A stretch of 64,000 bases of DNA from contig OZ241826.1 of assembly GCA_965202585.1 (NCBI GenBank), forward strand, positions 25,854,001 through 25,918,000, written 5' to 3'. How positions within the stretch are numbered: position 1 is the first letter of the stretch; the number at the start of each line of letters is the position of its first letter. This stretch comes from Thalia democratica. Taxonomy: Eukaryota. The notes beneath the pieces were generated by a model. It was not told the DNA's origin. It saw nothing but the letters and a program-made list of their open reading frames with translations, and did not search any database. Made by a program: the position numbers and the translations under genes. Positions 12,018 to 26,000 of this stretch are shown in pieces.

Positions 12018-15000
12018 CAATTAGAGTTTACTTTTATTTATTTTATAAAAGTTTTATATTTTTCCCGCGCAATTGTTACCGTACTCTCCAACTGTTTGAG
12101 CTCAAAAAATACCGGCTTATTTTACTTTTAAAATCTCTCATATCAAGTATCTCGTATATTCTCACTTATACTGCAAATATATAATTGTAACAAAACAAAA
12201 ATTTGCGAATTAAAATATATATGATGAGGCAGTACAACCGTAATTAAAACTTTTGATACTTATAACTACAATTTTAAAGAATTTAACTAAGTTAAACATT
12301 ATATAAACTATTAAATTAGTTGTTGATAAAAACAAGTTAATTTAATATAAAACTAATTTTTGAATTATAAAAAAGTTAATATTTTAAACTATTAAGTAAA
12401 ATTTGATATTGTAGATGTACTAATCAATATGACTTAATTGTCGAAGGCTTAAAACTTAGTAAGCATATGTTTTAAATTAGATAAAAACTTTTGAATAAAC
12501 GGTATTTCAGAATTAAATTAAACCAAATAAAAGCTCTAATTATATTCATCAATCTACAAATTATACAATAAAACTTAAAAAGTATTGAAACAATTGTTAT
12601 ACTTATTAAGCTAATGAACTCATGAACTTTAATTGGAAACACATTAGATCATATTTTAAATATAGAAAGGTTAATAATATGGAAAGTGTAAAACCACAAT
12701 CTTGTGGAAAAATGATGAATTTGATCTGCTTTGAGTGATGCATGACTTAAATAGGAAATAGATCTTAAAGTTTATGAATTTTAATGCTGACATAACTAAT
12801 TGATTATAATGAAAAGTAAAGATTTTTCAATATGTATATTTGTTCATATTATTTTCGCATTTAAGTGTTTTTATCGGATGTAATCTTATTGTGGTATAAT
12901 ATTACATGAAAAATAAATATGTAAAAGTAATTTACTTTAACAATATAAACATCATTGTTTAATGCTATATATGTTATTAGTTAGTAATTTTTAACATTTT
13001 TTAGTGTTCAGTATGTTTTACTGAAATTAGAAGAACTTTATCTCATGTAATAAATACAAACTTGTTTATGTTAGTTGTCACTATATAACCATACAAATAT
13101 GCTTAAAGTGTTGTAATTAAATATATTAAGTAGTTTATATTAACTATTTTTAATAAACGTTTGAAAAAAGTACAACTGTATCTTTAAGTGAATCAATAGT
13201 TTAATACATATATTTGTGTTTACTTTCAGAAATCGTAAAAGTTAACAAGTTTTAACTCAAAAAACCAAAAAAAGCTTATAGTGTATCATTGCCAGCCTAA
13301 GGTAATGACAAAGTTTTAATTTATAAACTTATAAAACTAAAAAATGAGGTTTTAAAATTTATAGTTTAGTTTAACACTTTTCATTATTTGTAAATTTAAC
13401 CAGCTACAATCTTATATAAAAAACTATTACTTTAATGATACTCGTTTTTAATCTTAAAAAGAAAACTGAAAAACCTTCATAGTTAAATTAGTTTTTACAA
13501 TATTTACTTTTAAGCTGGCTAACAAGTGACTAAAATGTTTAAAAATATTTCCAATGTGTACTGAATCATAAAAAATACATTATATCATTATAAAAGATTT
13601 CATTTTTTTAACAAAAAAATAATAAAAAGCATATAAAAAACCAAAACAATAGTCAACATTCAAGGGTTTTTTGTATAAAAAAGTTTATGGAATAAAAATG
13701 TTCGTTTTAGTTTTGCCTATGATACATAACAAACTGTAGGTGCAATTTACTATCAATAAAACTTTGGTTTAAAATTTGCACCCTATAAGTTCGACTATTT
13801 CAGGTAAAATACTAAACATAAATTTCTTTGATGTATTCAACCTATGTACTAAATACGCTTAATAGCGTGATTAAATTAAGTAATGATGTTGAAATTGTTT
13901 TCTTCAAAATTTTTAATACTAATAAATTGTGCATACTAAACATGAATTAAAACCTCAAGCAGCATTAAATTTTTACAACAAAGTCTATCACTGAACATCA
14001 AATGAAGTAATCTGTTTTGTGTTTTAATAATTTTATCATATATTTAAGTGTAACGACCTTTTAACCAATAACTAAAAAAATATGATCGATAATGTTTAAA
14101 AACTTATGACAGTTGGTTATGTTGTTTTTAAATGAATTTAATCGTTTAATTTACGTTTCTGATACCAAAACTATTAAATATATCAAAGCTAATAAAAACA
14201 AGTTAACAGCAAAAAAGGTTTAATTTAAACTAAGAGTAACATTAATTTTATTATTTAAGTGTTAAGTAGCAAAACTTAGTTACTTGAACTTAAATTTTCT
14301 TTACTTTTATTAAAGCACATAAAGTTTTTTTTTTTCATCAAGAATTGATCCGTCAAAACAATTTATATCATAATTTCATTAGCATCATTAAATTAATATG
14401 TGCTAATTTCATTATAGGTAGTTATATTTATACGAAAAAATGTATGATTTAATGAGTACCTTAAAGGTTTTGAACAGCAAAAAAATAAACATTTATACTT
14501 TTTGTGTTCAATTATTACGATGCCAGAAAAGTTTGTAAACTAAAAGTTACTTTTTCTGCATAAGTAATAATATATATCCTAAAAACTATAAACTTCTAAA
14601 ATAGTTTACATATACTAAATTACTATATAATAAATATTTTACATTTGCTAAATTACTCATTAACACGATATGTTATGTGGTAGATAATTATGCTTAATAG
14701 TCGCGAGGAAATATTTTTTGTATTTAGTTGCCACGGCTGTTAAGACTTTTAAAGCTTAAAAGATCAAAGTAAAAAATGCTTTACTATCGAATGGAAAATC
14801 AGTATATATTTTTCAAATTGTTTAAAACAATTTTGTTAAAATTTAGCTAAAAATTACTAGACTGAAAATTACTTTTTTTGTTTAAATAGTATGATGATTA
14901 TCAAAATTTAATTTCTGTCAGTCTTTTACGTATGCTAAATTTCTCCATATTTATAGAAATGCAGTTTGGTAGGTAATTTAGCTTATTAACTGTGTGGCAA

Positions 15001-16781
15001 TACTTTTCGTATTAAGATTCTACAATTTTTAAGACTTATGAAGCTTATATATGAAAACAAAAGAACTTAGACTATTTAATGGCAAATAAATTTATTTTTT
15101 TAGTTTTAAAATCTATTATTGTTAAGATAACGTAGACTTGAGATTTTTTCAAAGTTAATATCGAAAAACATCTATAAATTTTTATGTTGTAAGTTGTTAT
15201 CTAATTACATATATGTAAATTTTACGTTTAAGAATATGTAGATAAATAACGTGTTTTTAACTATGCGAAATATATTTGAAATTTATTTTGAACAATTTTA
15301 GTACGGAGATATTATGTAAAATTTATACTTATTATTTTATAAATATATTTAAAACAATTTCTTTTCAATGAATCACTAAAACCGAGCTTTGAAAGTTTAT
15401 GTTTGATAAACCAGTATAAAATTTAAAAAATGCTTGAAAAATTTTTCATTTTTACTTGTTTAAAGAACAATAAACAAAACAATTAAGTTATTGGTCAACA
15501 AACTGACTTTTCAAAACTTTTATTCTAGCTTGTTTTTAGTCATTTAATCATTAATTTATAAACAGTATTAAATAAAAGATTGCATTTTTTGTATCTTCAT
15601 GCTTTGTAGTTATGAATCAGTTCTCATCAAAAAGAAAAACCAAAACGCAAATATCTGGAAATTGAAAGATAACCTTATTGACAATGTTTTAGCTAAACTT
15701 TCGTCGTTAATATAAGTTTGAAAAGCAAATTCTTATAACTTAGTATAACTACGTCACAAGTTTTCTTAATGAAAAAATACTTATGTTGCAACTGGTATTT
15801 AAATAAAATAAATTTCCTTCTGACAACATAAACAATACATTTAAAATTATTATAAGGTGTTATAAGTTTATTTGATAAGAAACAGTACGACAAAAAAACT
15901 AATCGAAATAACAAAACAAAATATAAGAAAACACGTTCTTGTAAAACTGATAAGTTTGTATTTATTGTTTTGTAATTAAAAAAATACTGTAGGATAATTA
16001 TGTTTAATTTGAGGTTTCATTGTTAAATTAGTATAATACTGTTGCAAACAAAAAGATGATGATTATAATATTTATTCAAATGCTACAAAGAAACAACCAA
16101 ATGAAACACATTGTTATATCAATTATTTTCGAATAAGAAGTTTTGCACTTGATAAAACTTAGATAATATTTCTTTCTAGGCTTAATACTGTATTTAACAT
16201 GAGGTTTAAAAGATAAACTTCTATATAAAGGTATCGAAAGAAAGCACTGTAAGCAATAAATACGAAAGCAAAGAAAATATGTCCTTTAAAAATATTGGAC
16301 TTAACAATAAAAGTTTGGAATGTGTGAAAGTTATGATGAGTTAAAATAATAAAAAAAGTTTTATTTGAGATTAAAACAATAAATTAAACTATTTTACCTC
16401 AATTAGATTAAATTTATTAAATAAAGTGTTGTAAATTTAAGGTAACAAAATATATGAATTTTAGGTATATCTGAAAAATATTCAATTAGTTTCACATAAC
16501 TAGTCATACTGATATATATTGGTGATAAGTTTGTATATAAAAAATATAAAAGTTTATAAAATTGTTTTCATACTTGAAGGCTTAAACTAAAACAAAATAA
16601 TTTACCTTTACTTATATTTAGTTATTTTGTTCTTGTATTTTATAGCTTTCTAAAACGAAAGTATTTAGAAGTGATAAAAAAACGTCGTAAAACTAATAAA
16701 TGGGCAGTGATTAAGCTATTTTTTTTAATTAAAAAACTGTTGAAATTGTAATCGACTTTATATTGTTTTTTTCACTCGTTT

Positions 16782-16800
16782 TATATATATATATATATAT
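16782..16800. repeat. (TA)n microsatellite
   Basis: Alternating TA run downstream of the copy B stop codon. Confidence 0.9.
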
Positions 16801-16938
16801 TTATATAAACTCAAGAATTTACAATAATGTAAAACAATGCTAATGACTTTAATTTGGCTTTCTTCAAACAACTTCTCTACTTATTTTAAAAATCACTTTA
16901 AAACATTTTTTATTTTATGCATCGCTTAATGGTTACTA

Positions 16939-17069
16939 CTATCGGTAGCTGATTGATTTAATTTGAGCTTTTTGACAAGTTTCGCAGCAGTTTTTACCGA
17001 AATAACTGTGTGAACACTGGTTGTTTTTTGGTACAAGGTAACACCATTTGAAATTGTCCACACATTTAT
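16939..17069 (-). CDS. ADAMTS copy B terminal exon 24: PLAC domain
   Basis: After acceptor TTTCAG, phase 1: [43 protein letters not shown]. Six-Cys PLAC pattern; TAG at 16941-16939. Confidence 0.9.
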
Positions 17070-20000
17070 CTGAAATAAAATTATCAAGTTGAGACAACAG
17101 TAAATTTACTTCTAAAGACTAAAACTAGATATTCTTACGATTTAGTTAATATTATTTCAGAATTTTAGACTTAATTGAATAGTATCAACTGAATATCAAT
17201 TTTATATATTTTTTCTACAATCGCTGAAAAATTTGAAGATATAAAAAAGAAAGAAAAACTTCAATTGTTGCGTCTTAACCATTACGTCAAAATCGTTAAA
17301 GGAGTAACGTCAAAACTTTTGGGACTTGATTAAACGAACTCGTTAAGCTTAATTCTAGTTATAATAAGCCTAATACTCAATTCATAACAAAATATTTAAA
17401 ATTTCTCACTTTTGTTATCGGAAGGACATTTGTTGGTGTTGCAAGTTTTCCGAATATCCGGTTTTTGCCCGGGTCGGCATTTAACCGAGGGTCGACCGAA
17501 TAACAGACATCTTACAATTCGCATTTGGTATCCGCCACCACAAGTTACTGAACACTGAAATAAATAATAACTTTATTGCATTGAACAAGAATAATTTATA
17601 ACAATTAAATCATTGCATTTTCTAAATGTCATTATTTTTATATCGAGGAGTTTCTATTTCTTTCAAATTCGAAAGCATAGTTAAAAATAAATCTAGCAAA
17701 TTTTAAGTGTTTAACAAGTAGTAAACTACATTGCAAATAAATTTTAAAAAGATTAAAAAATTTTTAGTAGTAGTTATTCTGCTAAATATAAACAAATAAT
17801 ACTTTATTAATCAAACCTGTTGCCAATTGCCAGTGATCCAGCTTGCTTCAGTGAGACCTGTTTTTAGAGCTGAATCTCTCTCATTCACCTCAATCCGTCT
17901 CAATCTTTCACTCGTCGTCCTGACAGTGGTGGTTGTTGTAGGTGTTGGGGTGGTTGTCATGGCAACGGTTGTCTGGCAACTTCTTACCAAACAAATGGCT
18001 GTCCTATCGGCTTTCCAGTCGTTGGGCTTCTTAATTCGCTTACATCGTTTGGAGCGGACGTGATAGATTTTGCCGCTTCTCGACTTGTAAGTGCATTTCA
18101 ATTGCCTTCTTTTAATGCCCTCACCGCATGATTTCGAACACTGGAAAAAATTTAAACATTGTAAAAAATTAGTTGACAGTGTAACTGAACGATTTTAAAT
18201 ACAAAAGGAAAAACTGTCATTCAACAACATTTTTTGGCCTTTTTTACTATCTTTGCAGTAAAATTTAACTGCGAGCCAAAAACATTAGTAGCGATGTTTG
18301 ACTTTTGCGGTTAACATATGTAAACACGAAACTAAAGGATTTGTTAAAAGAGCTTGGGGTTACGTAATGTTTATGTAAGTAAACAGTCTTTTTACAAGCT
18401 AGTAAAACTTATTGTTCTCTTTTACTTTGATAGAAACTTTTATCGAAATGTAAACTAAACAAAATTTTTCGTAACAACCGAAAGTTAATTAAGGATTAAG
18501 TTTTTTATGTATAAGAAATAACTTTAACATCAAAGATTTTAGTCTGAAAAAGCAGCATTACTAACTTGTCCCCATGATGTCCACTGCCAAGTGAACTTTT
18601 TGATTCTGCATTTTCTAATTAGACAACTCTGTCTGCTGATTGGTTTAGTGTTTGTACATTTGATGCTTCTCAGTGTCTGAAGTTCTGATTGACAGAAAAC
18701 AGTTCGATGTTGGTATCCTTGCCCGCAACGTCGAGAACACTGTAGATTTTTTTGTTAAACTCTATTTATTCTTTTTAAGAAGTAAGAGTTTTATAACAGT
18801 TTGTTATGAAAGTAACTGTTAAAATAACAAAAATATCAGTTAGTTAGGTATTTATTTTTTTAAAACGACTAAACAGCTGTTTTTTCTTCTTTTGTTTGTT
18901 TTAAATTTAAAATGTAATATAAAAAAAGGTTTTACCAATACTGATTGATAAAGATTAATTTTTAAAGTTTTAGTTAGTTACTGGATAAAAAATGTCAATT
19001 ATTCAAATTTATTTTTTATTAGACTTGACAATCGAATATTGTAAATAGAGTGAAGTTATTATTCTCTTATTAGTTAGTTATTTAATGAATTGTTATAAAA
19101 AAACAACTTTTCAGGATTTAAATTATAAAGGGCACTAAAACAGAATTAATCCTATCATTTTTACCCGAGACCACAGATTGATATGTTTTTAAAAGTTTCA
19201 AAAAAGTAAATAATAACATCCAAGAAGATGAAAACCACTTCCTCTTAAAAACAATGAATTTTGACTGACATCTTAAAACTTGTTCACTTGTAAACTTTAA
19301 AAACAAATACACTGTAAAAGTACAATGGCGAAAAATAACTTGTTTTTTTTACGTATGGTTTAACAAAATTAACAGGTGATTTTTCAAAACGTGACTAGTT
19401 ATAAAATTAATTATATAGCATAGACCTTATCTAACTTGACGGGGTTTTTAAATATTATATCTACTAAACTAGATGTTTTTTAAATGTTTATTTAATAAAA
19501 ACTTATTATTTTAACGTAATTCAAAATTCAAAACTTTTAACTACGGGCTACCTTTTTGGGTTGAAGTTAATTAAATTCAGGTAAGGCTTGTTACATTAAT
19601 ATAAGTTTGAGTACATCAACACATTTAATTTATACGAAAATTAATTTATTTTCAATAAGTTTATAAAATTTACAAACTTTGGACCATAGGCCGGTGTGCC
19701 ATTGGGGAGGACAAATTACGTCAGAGTTGCATTGCTGCGTTGTTGCTGGTTTTGATGACGTCACGCATTCGTAATTGGGAAACAAAAGATCCCCAGATGC
19801 AGTCAATGACATGCACTTGATCTGCCTCGATTTTATGCCGCCCCCGCAACTTCTGCTGCATTCACCCCAGTCATCCGACACCCATCTGGATAAGTTTAAA
19901 TAAATGTGTTATGTTTATTTAATGGACAAGTTATTACTTATTTTTAACAAAAAAATTAACAGTTTATACATTTTTTACTTTTTTATTTATATATTTAAAA

Positions 20001-23000
20001 CATTTAATATTTAAAACTGTATTTTAAAACTATTTTTGCAACTATATAAAATAAAACCATTAGGAAACTAAACAATAAAAGTTCTACTCATAAAAACATA
20101 TTTAAACTTAAAAACAATTATCAAACCTTGCCGGACATTTTTTAATATTACAACGCCTTGTAATAACAATTGGTTTGTCTGATGATTTGCAGTAATAGTC
20201 AGATACTGTTTGTTCTTTTTGTGTAACTCCTTTTAATATTTGTCTCCTCAAACAACTTACTTGAAGAGTTTGTGATCCTGAAATTAACATTATTATTGTA
20301 CATCAATTGTTATAAAAAGTTTGTGATAGATTTAGCCATAAAATCAGCAGTTTTTTATTCAATTTTCATCAAAATAAAACTAACAGAATATATACTAGTT
20401 TGAAAATATATACTTTTGAAACTAGTATTGTTATTGTTCCACAATTTTGAAAAAACTTTAAGTTTAGAAGTCAAATAGTCAACAAGAAACTTAAAAAGTG
20501 AAGTATTTCTACCGAAAGATAGAATCGATAAAAAGCAAATGGAATAGCAATATATACTTTGTAACGTTAAAGTTGAGTAAACGATAAGCGCTTAACTTTG
20601 TGACGTAATAATCTATTCTAGAAAAACAACCGGTGCACTACATAGAATATAATGCTTATATCAATAACCAATATGTTGCACTTGTTTGTTACATTCTTTT
20701 AATGTTTTTCAACAAAAATAGCTACTTTTATACCTCTTAATCTATTTAATACCTACTAAAGGTCTCTTAAGATGTAATGTAAAACTAATGTCTAGTTTTT
20801 ATCTAATATACTCAAAACATTATCAGGAAATTAAATCAAACTGTATGGTCTGAAAACCTTTAAGTTAAAAAAGTTGTGTTTTTTACTCTCGCTTAATTGA
20901 TTTATCAACAAATAACTTTATTAAACAAAGCAATTTAGCTCTCATCTTAAATACACAGAGGCCAAAAATTAATATAAAATCATACTATAATCATTATTTA
21001 TAAAATAATCAACGGCTTGTAAAAATGTCCTTTTGGTTTTATATTTACTATTTTAGATTTAAAGGCACTATTATGAACTATTTCAAACCTCCAGCACAAG
21101 ATTTAGTGCATTCTGAATACTTTTTACTCCAAACATATTTTTCTATTGGAGCGACCAGCTCATGTTCATAAACAACCAATATTCTTGGTTCAGGGTAATT
21201 TCGTTTTTGTGTTGTGTAAGTCCAAGTTATACCCGGATTATCAGTTACTACTAAAACCTTAAAACAGTTTGATAAATTAAAAAACATAATTATTTTGAAC
21301 TTAAACTTTAGCTATACTTTATAGTTCTTGACAGTACAAATTTAGCAGAACTCTGTAAAAAACCAAGCAAAAATTTAAACCTCGATTATCAAGTCTTGAT
21401 ATATCGGGCCTTCGGTTGAAAGAGATTCGGTTTTATATGGTGTTCGGTTGTATAACCATTCACTTCCGGCAAATTTCCGATCTCCTTGCATATTAACTGC
21501 CCAGTTTCCATTGAGGAAATATCTGGAAAAGTATAAAAATCAAAATGGTTTATCAAATAAACGAAAGTTAAAAATTCGTTTGAGCGTTTTTATTTTTTAT
21601 TACCTTGGTATTTACAATATGTAATAAAATGTTGTGTACACTTAAAATTTTATTTTCAGTTATTTTAAACTATATACCAAAACTTTGTTGCAGCTAAAAT
21701 TAAAGCTTCATGAAAAAATAAATTTAGCTGTAAAACATTAACGTAGAAGTTCAATAAAAACTCACTTTGTATTTCTTGTGTTTGCATTTTTCACTGCAAT
21801 ATAGCTGTGAGTGCAGCATTTGTTTTCTTTTATTTCAATTTTCCTTGCCCCAGCTGGAATGTGAACCACTCTGTAGTACCCTGCATTCATTGTTAAATGT
21901 GAGAAAATAATTAGGAAACAAATGTACTACAAGTTCCAAAGGTTTTCGAGAGCCGGCTGATGTTACATAACCTTGGTAATTAAACTTAGGTCTAATTTTA
22001 TTTTGATATATAACTTGTTTGCTGACATTAAACTATTGTTATTGTGCTCTTAAATAGGAAAACGCGATATAAAAGAGCAGATCTGTTGTTTAATTTTTAT
22101 ATGGTAATTGAATAGTTTGTCTAATGCAAATATTAAAATATACTTAAGTGTTTGAAATTCATAACTATATTTTTGGTTTAGGGATATATTTTTATGGTAA
22201 ACTTAAAATTTGATCGTAACAATTTCAAAAGAAATTTTGTCAAAAAACTACTTTAAAAATTCTCAAAAAAATATTCAAACAAACCGCTATTAACGACTTT
22301 CCTATCGTAGACACCACTTATTATTTGACATGTAGAATTGTCACCATTACAAACACCACATACGTCTATTGTCGCGTTTGAATTTATTTTATTGTCACAT
22401 CCTACTCTCTGTTACAAAAAAAGCATACTATCAATCAATAAGAATAAAACAGAAAATGAAACAAAAAACATAAAGCATATATATTTTGTATTTTAACTTC
22501 ACGAGTGAGTTCATACTAAACAAATCTACCCTAATCCAGTTAAAAGTACAAACAGTGGTGATAACCACACAATTAATTTTCAATTAGGCATACAATTTCG
22601 GAACTAATCTTTTTTATTTTAAAACAAACTTGGTGTAAAACTTTAATACTTAAACGTACCAAAATTTTGTAGTTACTATTATTAGATATGTAACCTTTTT
22701 AATGATTTGACTATTTTAAGAATAACATTCTGTTAGTTATTTAAAGATATAAAAAACTAACAAAAATTACTTTAATAAACTACTTTTAAATTTTAAAAAC
22801 ATTAACAGAAAGGTAAAAAATAGGGTTAAAAATATATTTACTTTCATTTTATCTTAATACTTTTAACTACTTAAATAAATTGAAATAGATAACTTCTAGA
22901 AAACCAATTAAACTGACCGTGCATTTACCCTGAATACATAACATATTTTTATCTTCAGTACAAGGTGTTCCATCTATAACTTGATCTGCCAACATATCGA

Positions 23001-26000
23001 AAAATCCGAATCCTTCAGCTTTACATAACAATTCACATTGTCCTCGACCTAAACAATAAAATTTGAATAAAATCTGTTTAGTTTCAGGTATTTGAAAAGC
23101 TATTGAGCTACTTAGTTAGGCTTAAGTATAATAATTTCTACAGCTGATTTAATTCAAAAGTAATAATCTGTATTTCACAAAATTTGGAAGTTAAGATTGT
23201 CATAAACATGTTTAAATTGTTTTGTATTATATAAATACTATAAACTTATTTTAACTGACCAAAAGTAGTGAATTTAGTGAAAGGTACCCATTTGTAATAA
23301 GATCTTCTGTAAGGTTTTGAATCAAATTTTGAGCACTGTTGCTCTCTGAATGTTTTTGTTGAAGGCTTACAATTCTAAATTTTAAAAGATTATTAAACTA
23401 ACAACTAAAATAACTCATGGCAATATCCTACAAACTAAAAAGAAATAATATTACAAAGTTGTAGATAAGAACTCAGCAGTTAGAAAAAAACCTCTGGGCT
23501 GCAAATTTCGTACTGTTTGTCTTCGCCATTACAGGGAATTCCCCCAAATCGAGGTTTGGGGCTGTCACACCGCCGAACTCTCCATCGGACACCGCGGCCA
23601 CAAGTCCTCGAGCAAGATGACCAATTATCAAATTTGCTCCACCCTCCGTTTATTCTATTTGGGACTTCCCCTAATGTGACACATTCGCCTCGTCTGCACC
23701 ACTGTTACAAAAAGGTTTTATTGATAAACAGAATTTTATTTTTTTATTATAAGTTACTGAATAAATTATTATAATTTTTACTTTCCTAGTTATTTTACTT
23801 GAATTAAAAAAATAATTAAATAATAAGAAAAAATCAATTTATGTTAAAATTTGGATGGTTTCTGTAAATGTTTTATGTTTATTCAAAGATAGCATGCAGT
23901 TAAGTTTTGTTATATATATATATCTATATATACATCAACTACTAACAAGATTGTGTCCACATTTAGTACCTTCTGCAGCTGGCATATATTTTGTTTCACA
24001 AATTTCTCCCCTTCCACACCATAAAGTCTTACATATTCCTTCCTAAGTAGAAATATTATTCTATAAGTTTAATTAGGTAAAATGTATATACATATGGTAA
24101 AATATATAGTATGGTTTACAGAAAATAAGAACATTGTAAATAATGTTCTTTTTAAGTATAACTTTTTGTTTTAGGTTGTAAATCAATTATATTAAGAACA
24201 GTTTAGACTATGTGCTTAATAAACAGCAGATGAAGTTGTAAGTTAGCTTTGTAATGCTGATTAACTAACTCTTAGTAAAAATAAATAAAATAAATCAGAT
24301 CGAACGAAAAGTAAACTAAAGTATCAAATATCAACTTAGTTTAAAAAGCTGTGCAAATATTTTACATCTACAAAGACTTGCCGGCTTTATTGTTTGTTTT
24401 TCATTAGTTGGCATGTTATAAGTAGATAACTTTTCTCTCTTTTATCAATTAGGAACATGCATTGCTTGTAATTAAGTTTGTTTTAATATGAAACCGCTGA
24501 TAAAACTGGCTTGATAGTTGTTTTAATCAGTTTTTATAGGTCAGTAAATGTTAAGCTCTGGTTTAAACCAGGTTGTATTTTTTTTAACATGTTTAGCTGC
24601 AGTACAATAGTTTAACTATTTTTACATTAAAAGCAATTAGCGATTGAAAATTAATCAGCTGCAATTAGTTTACTATTTTTACGATCTACGACGGCTTTAA
24701 TTACTGTTTTAAAATGTTTTCAAAACCAGCTAATTACCTATGGTAGCATAAAAACAACAAAATTTGATATTTAAAAGAGTTGCAAAACAAGTCAATTTGT
24801 GTTTTATTAGGCTAGCGTGTGCAAAAACTTGAAAAAAAATTCAACTTTAATATTTTTGTATTGATTTAAAAAAATTTTTTAAAAAGCTACCTTCGCAGCT
24901 CACTGAAACAATAAAAATTTTGAGAATGTATGTATTAAGCTTGCTTCTACAAATATTAATTTATAAGTACAAAGTGTTTATACTCTTTGATTGCTTCTTT
25001 CTGTAAACTAATGTACATTCGTGTATAGCTTCTCAAAGAAGCATGTAAAAATGTTGACAAGTTAAATTAATTTTACGTTCGCTTGTCTGTTTTGTAACAC
25101 CTTTTAAAGGCTTAGTAATTTAAAGGCAAGTAATACGTTTTGAAGTATTTTAATTGACTTATTACGTTAGAAATAGCGGAAGCATAGATCAAAATCATAA
25201 TGAAATCAAGCAATGCTCAAAATTAACGACTAAGCTCACACGTTTTTTATCATAGTTTAAGTTGACTTGTTTTTAAAAATATTTTTACTTAAACTAACAA
25301 GTCCATGTTTGTATTTATGGTTGCAAAGTTGTGTTTTGTTACCAAACTGCCATCTACACTGTTCTTCAGCCGAATAAGTTTGTCCCGGTTGCTGTGACGG
25401 ATAATCGAAATCAGAAGTTATTTCAGATGGACTGTCATTCATACAATAACTGTCTGAACTCCTGAAAAAAATATTATATTTATAAAACTAATTTAGAAGA
25501 AATTTTTACCTATAAGTAAGTAATGTTATTTAATGTTTGATAGCAATTTTCAAACTTTTGTCTTATGAACAATTGGAATTATTTACTTGAGGAAATATTT
25601 TAATGACTCTTTACTGCATTGGGACCAAGTAAATACCCCATTTAGAGAATTTAATGTAGGTGACATGATATTTCCTTCGCTCAAATTACACGTATTACTT
25701 TCACCATCATGTCTCATTCCAAGACTGCATGAAATTAAAATATTAACTTGTAATTTTTTAGGTTATTAGAATTACTACTTTCTGGTATTTACAACAGTAT
25801 ACAACACATACCTATGTCCAGTTTCATGAGCGACAGTAAAAGCAAGTCCAAGACCAATGTCCTCGTTAATTGTACAACTTTCTTTTCTACGACACATACC
25901 TCCTATTTGTGCCAGACCTGATAATGAAAACAGTAAATAATGAAATAATTATGACTGAATTATTAGTTAGTAAATGAAGTTTTGTATCTGTCGTATGGGG

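Noticed and set aside
17395-17410. Stop after exon 23 (…SDNKSEKF*) as the gene end or a PLAC-less isoform
   Set aside because: A good donor (GTGAGA) and an in-phase PLAC exon follow, and I saw no polyadenylation signal in intron 23. Only transcripts could revive the isoform idea.
17827-25769. Plus-strand ORFs 17827..18063, 23517..23774, 23855..24046 and 25587..25769
   Set aside because: Antisense shadows of ADAMTS exons; they have no independent motif, and where copy A has a counterpart the ORF is not in its track.
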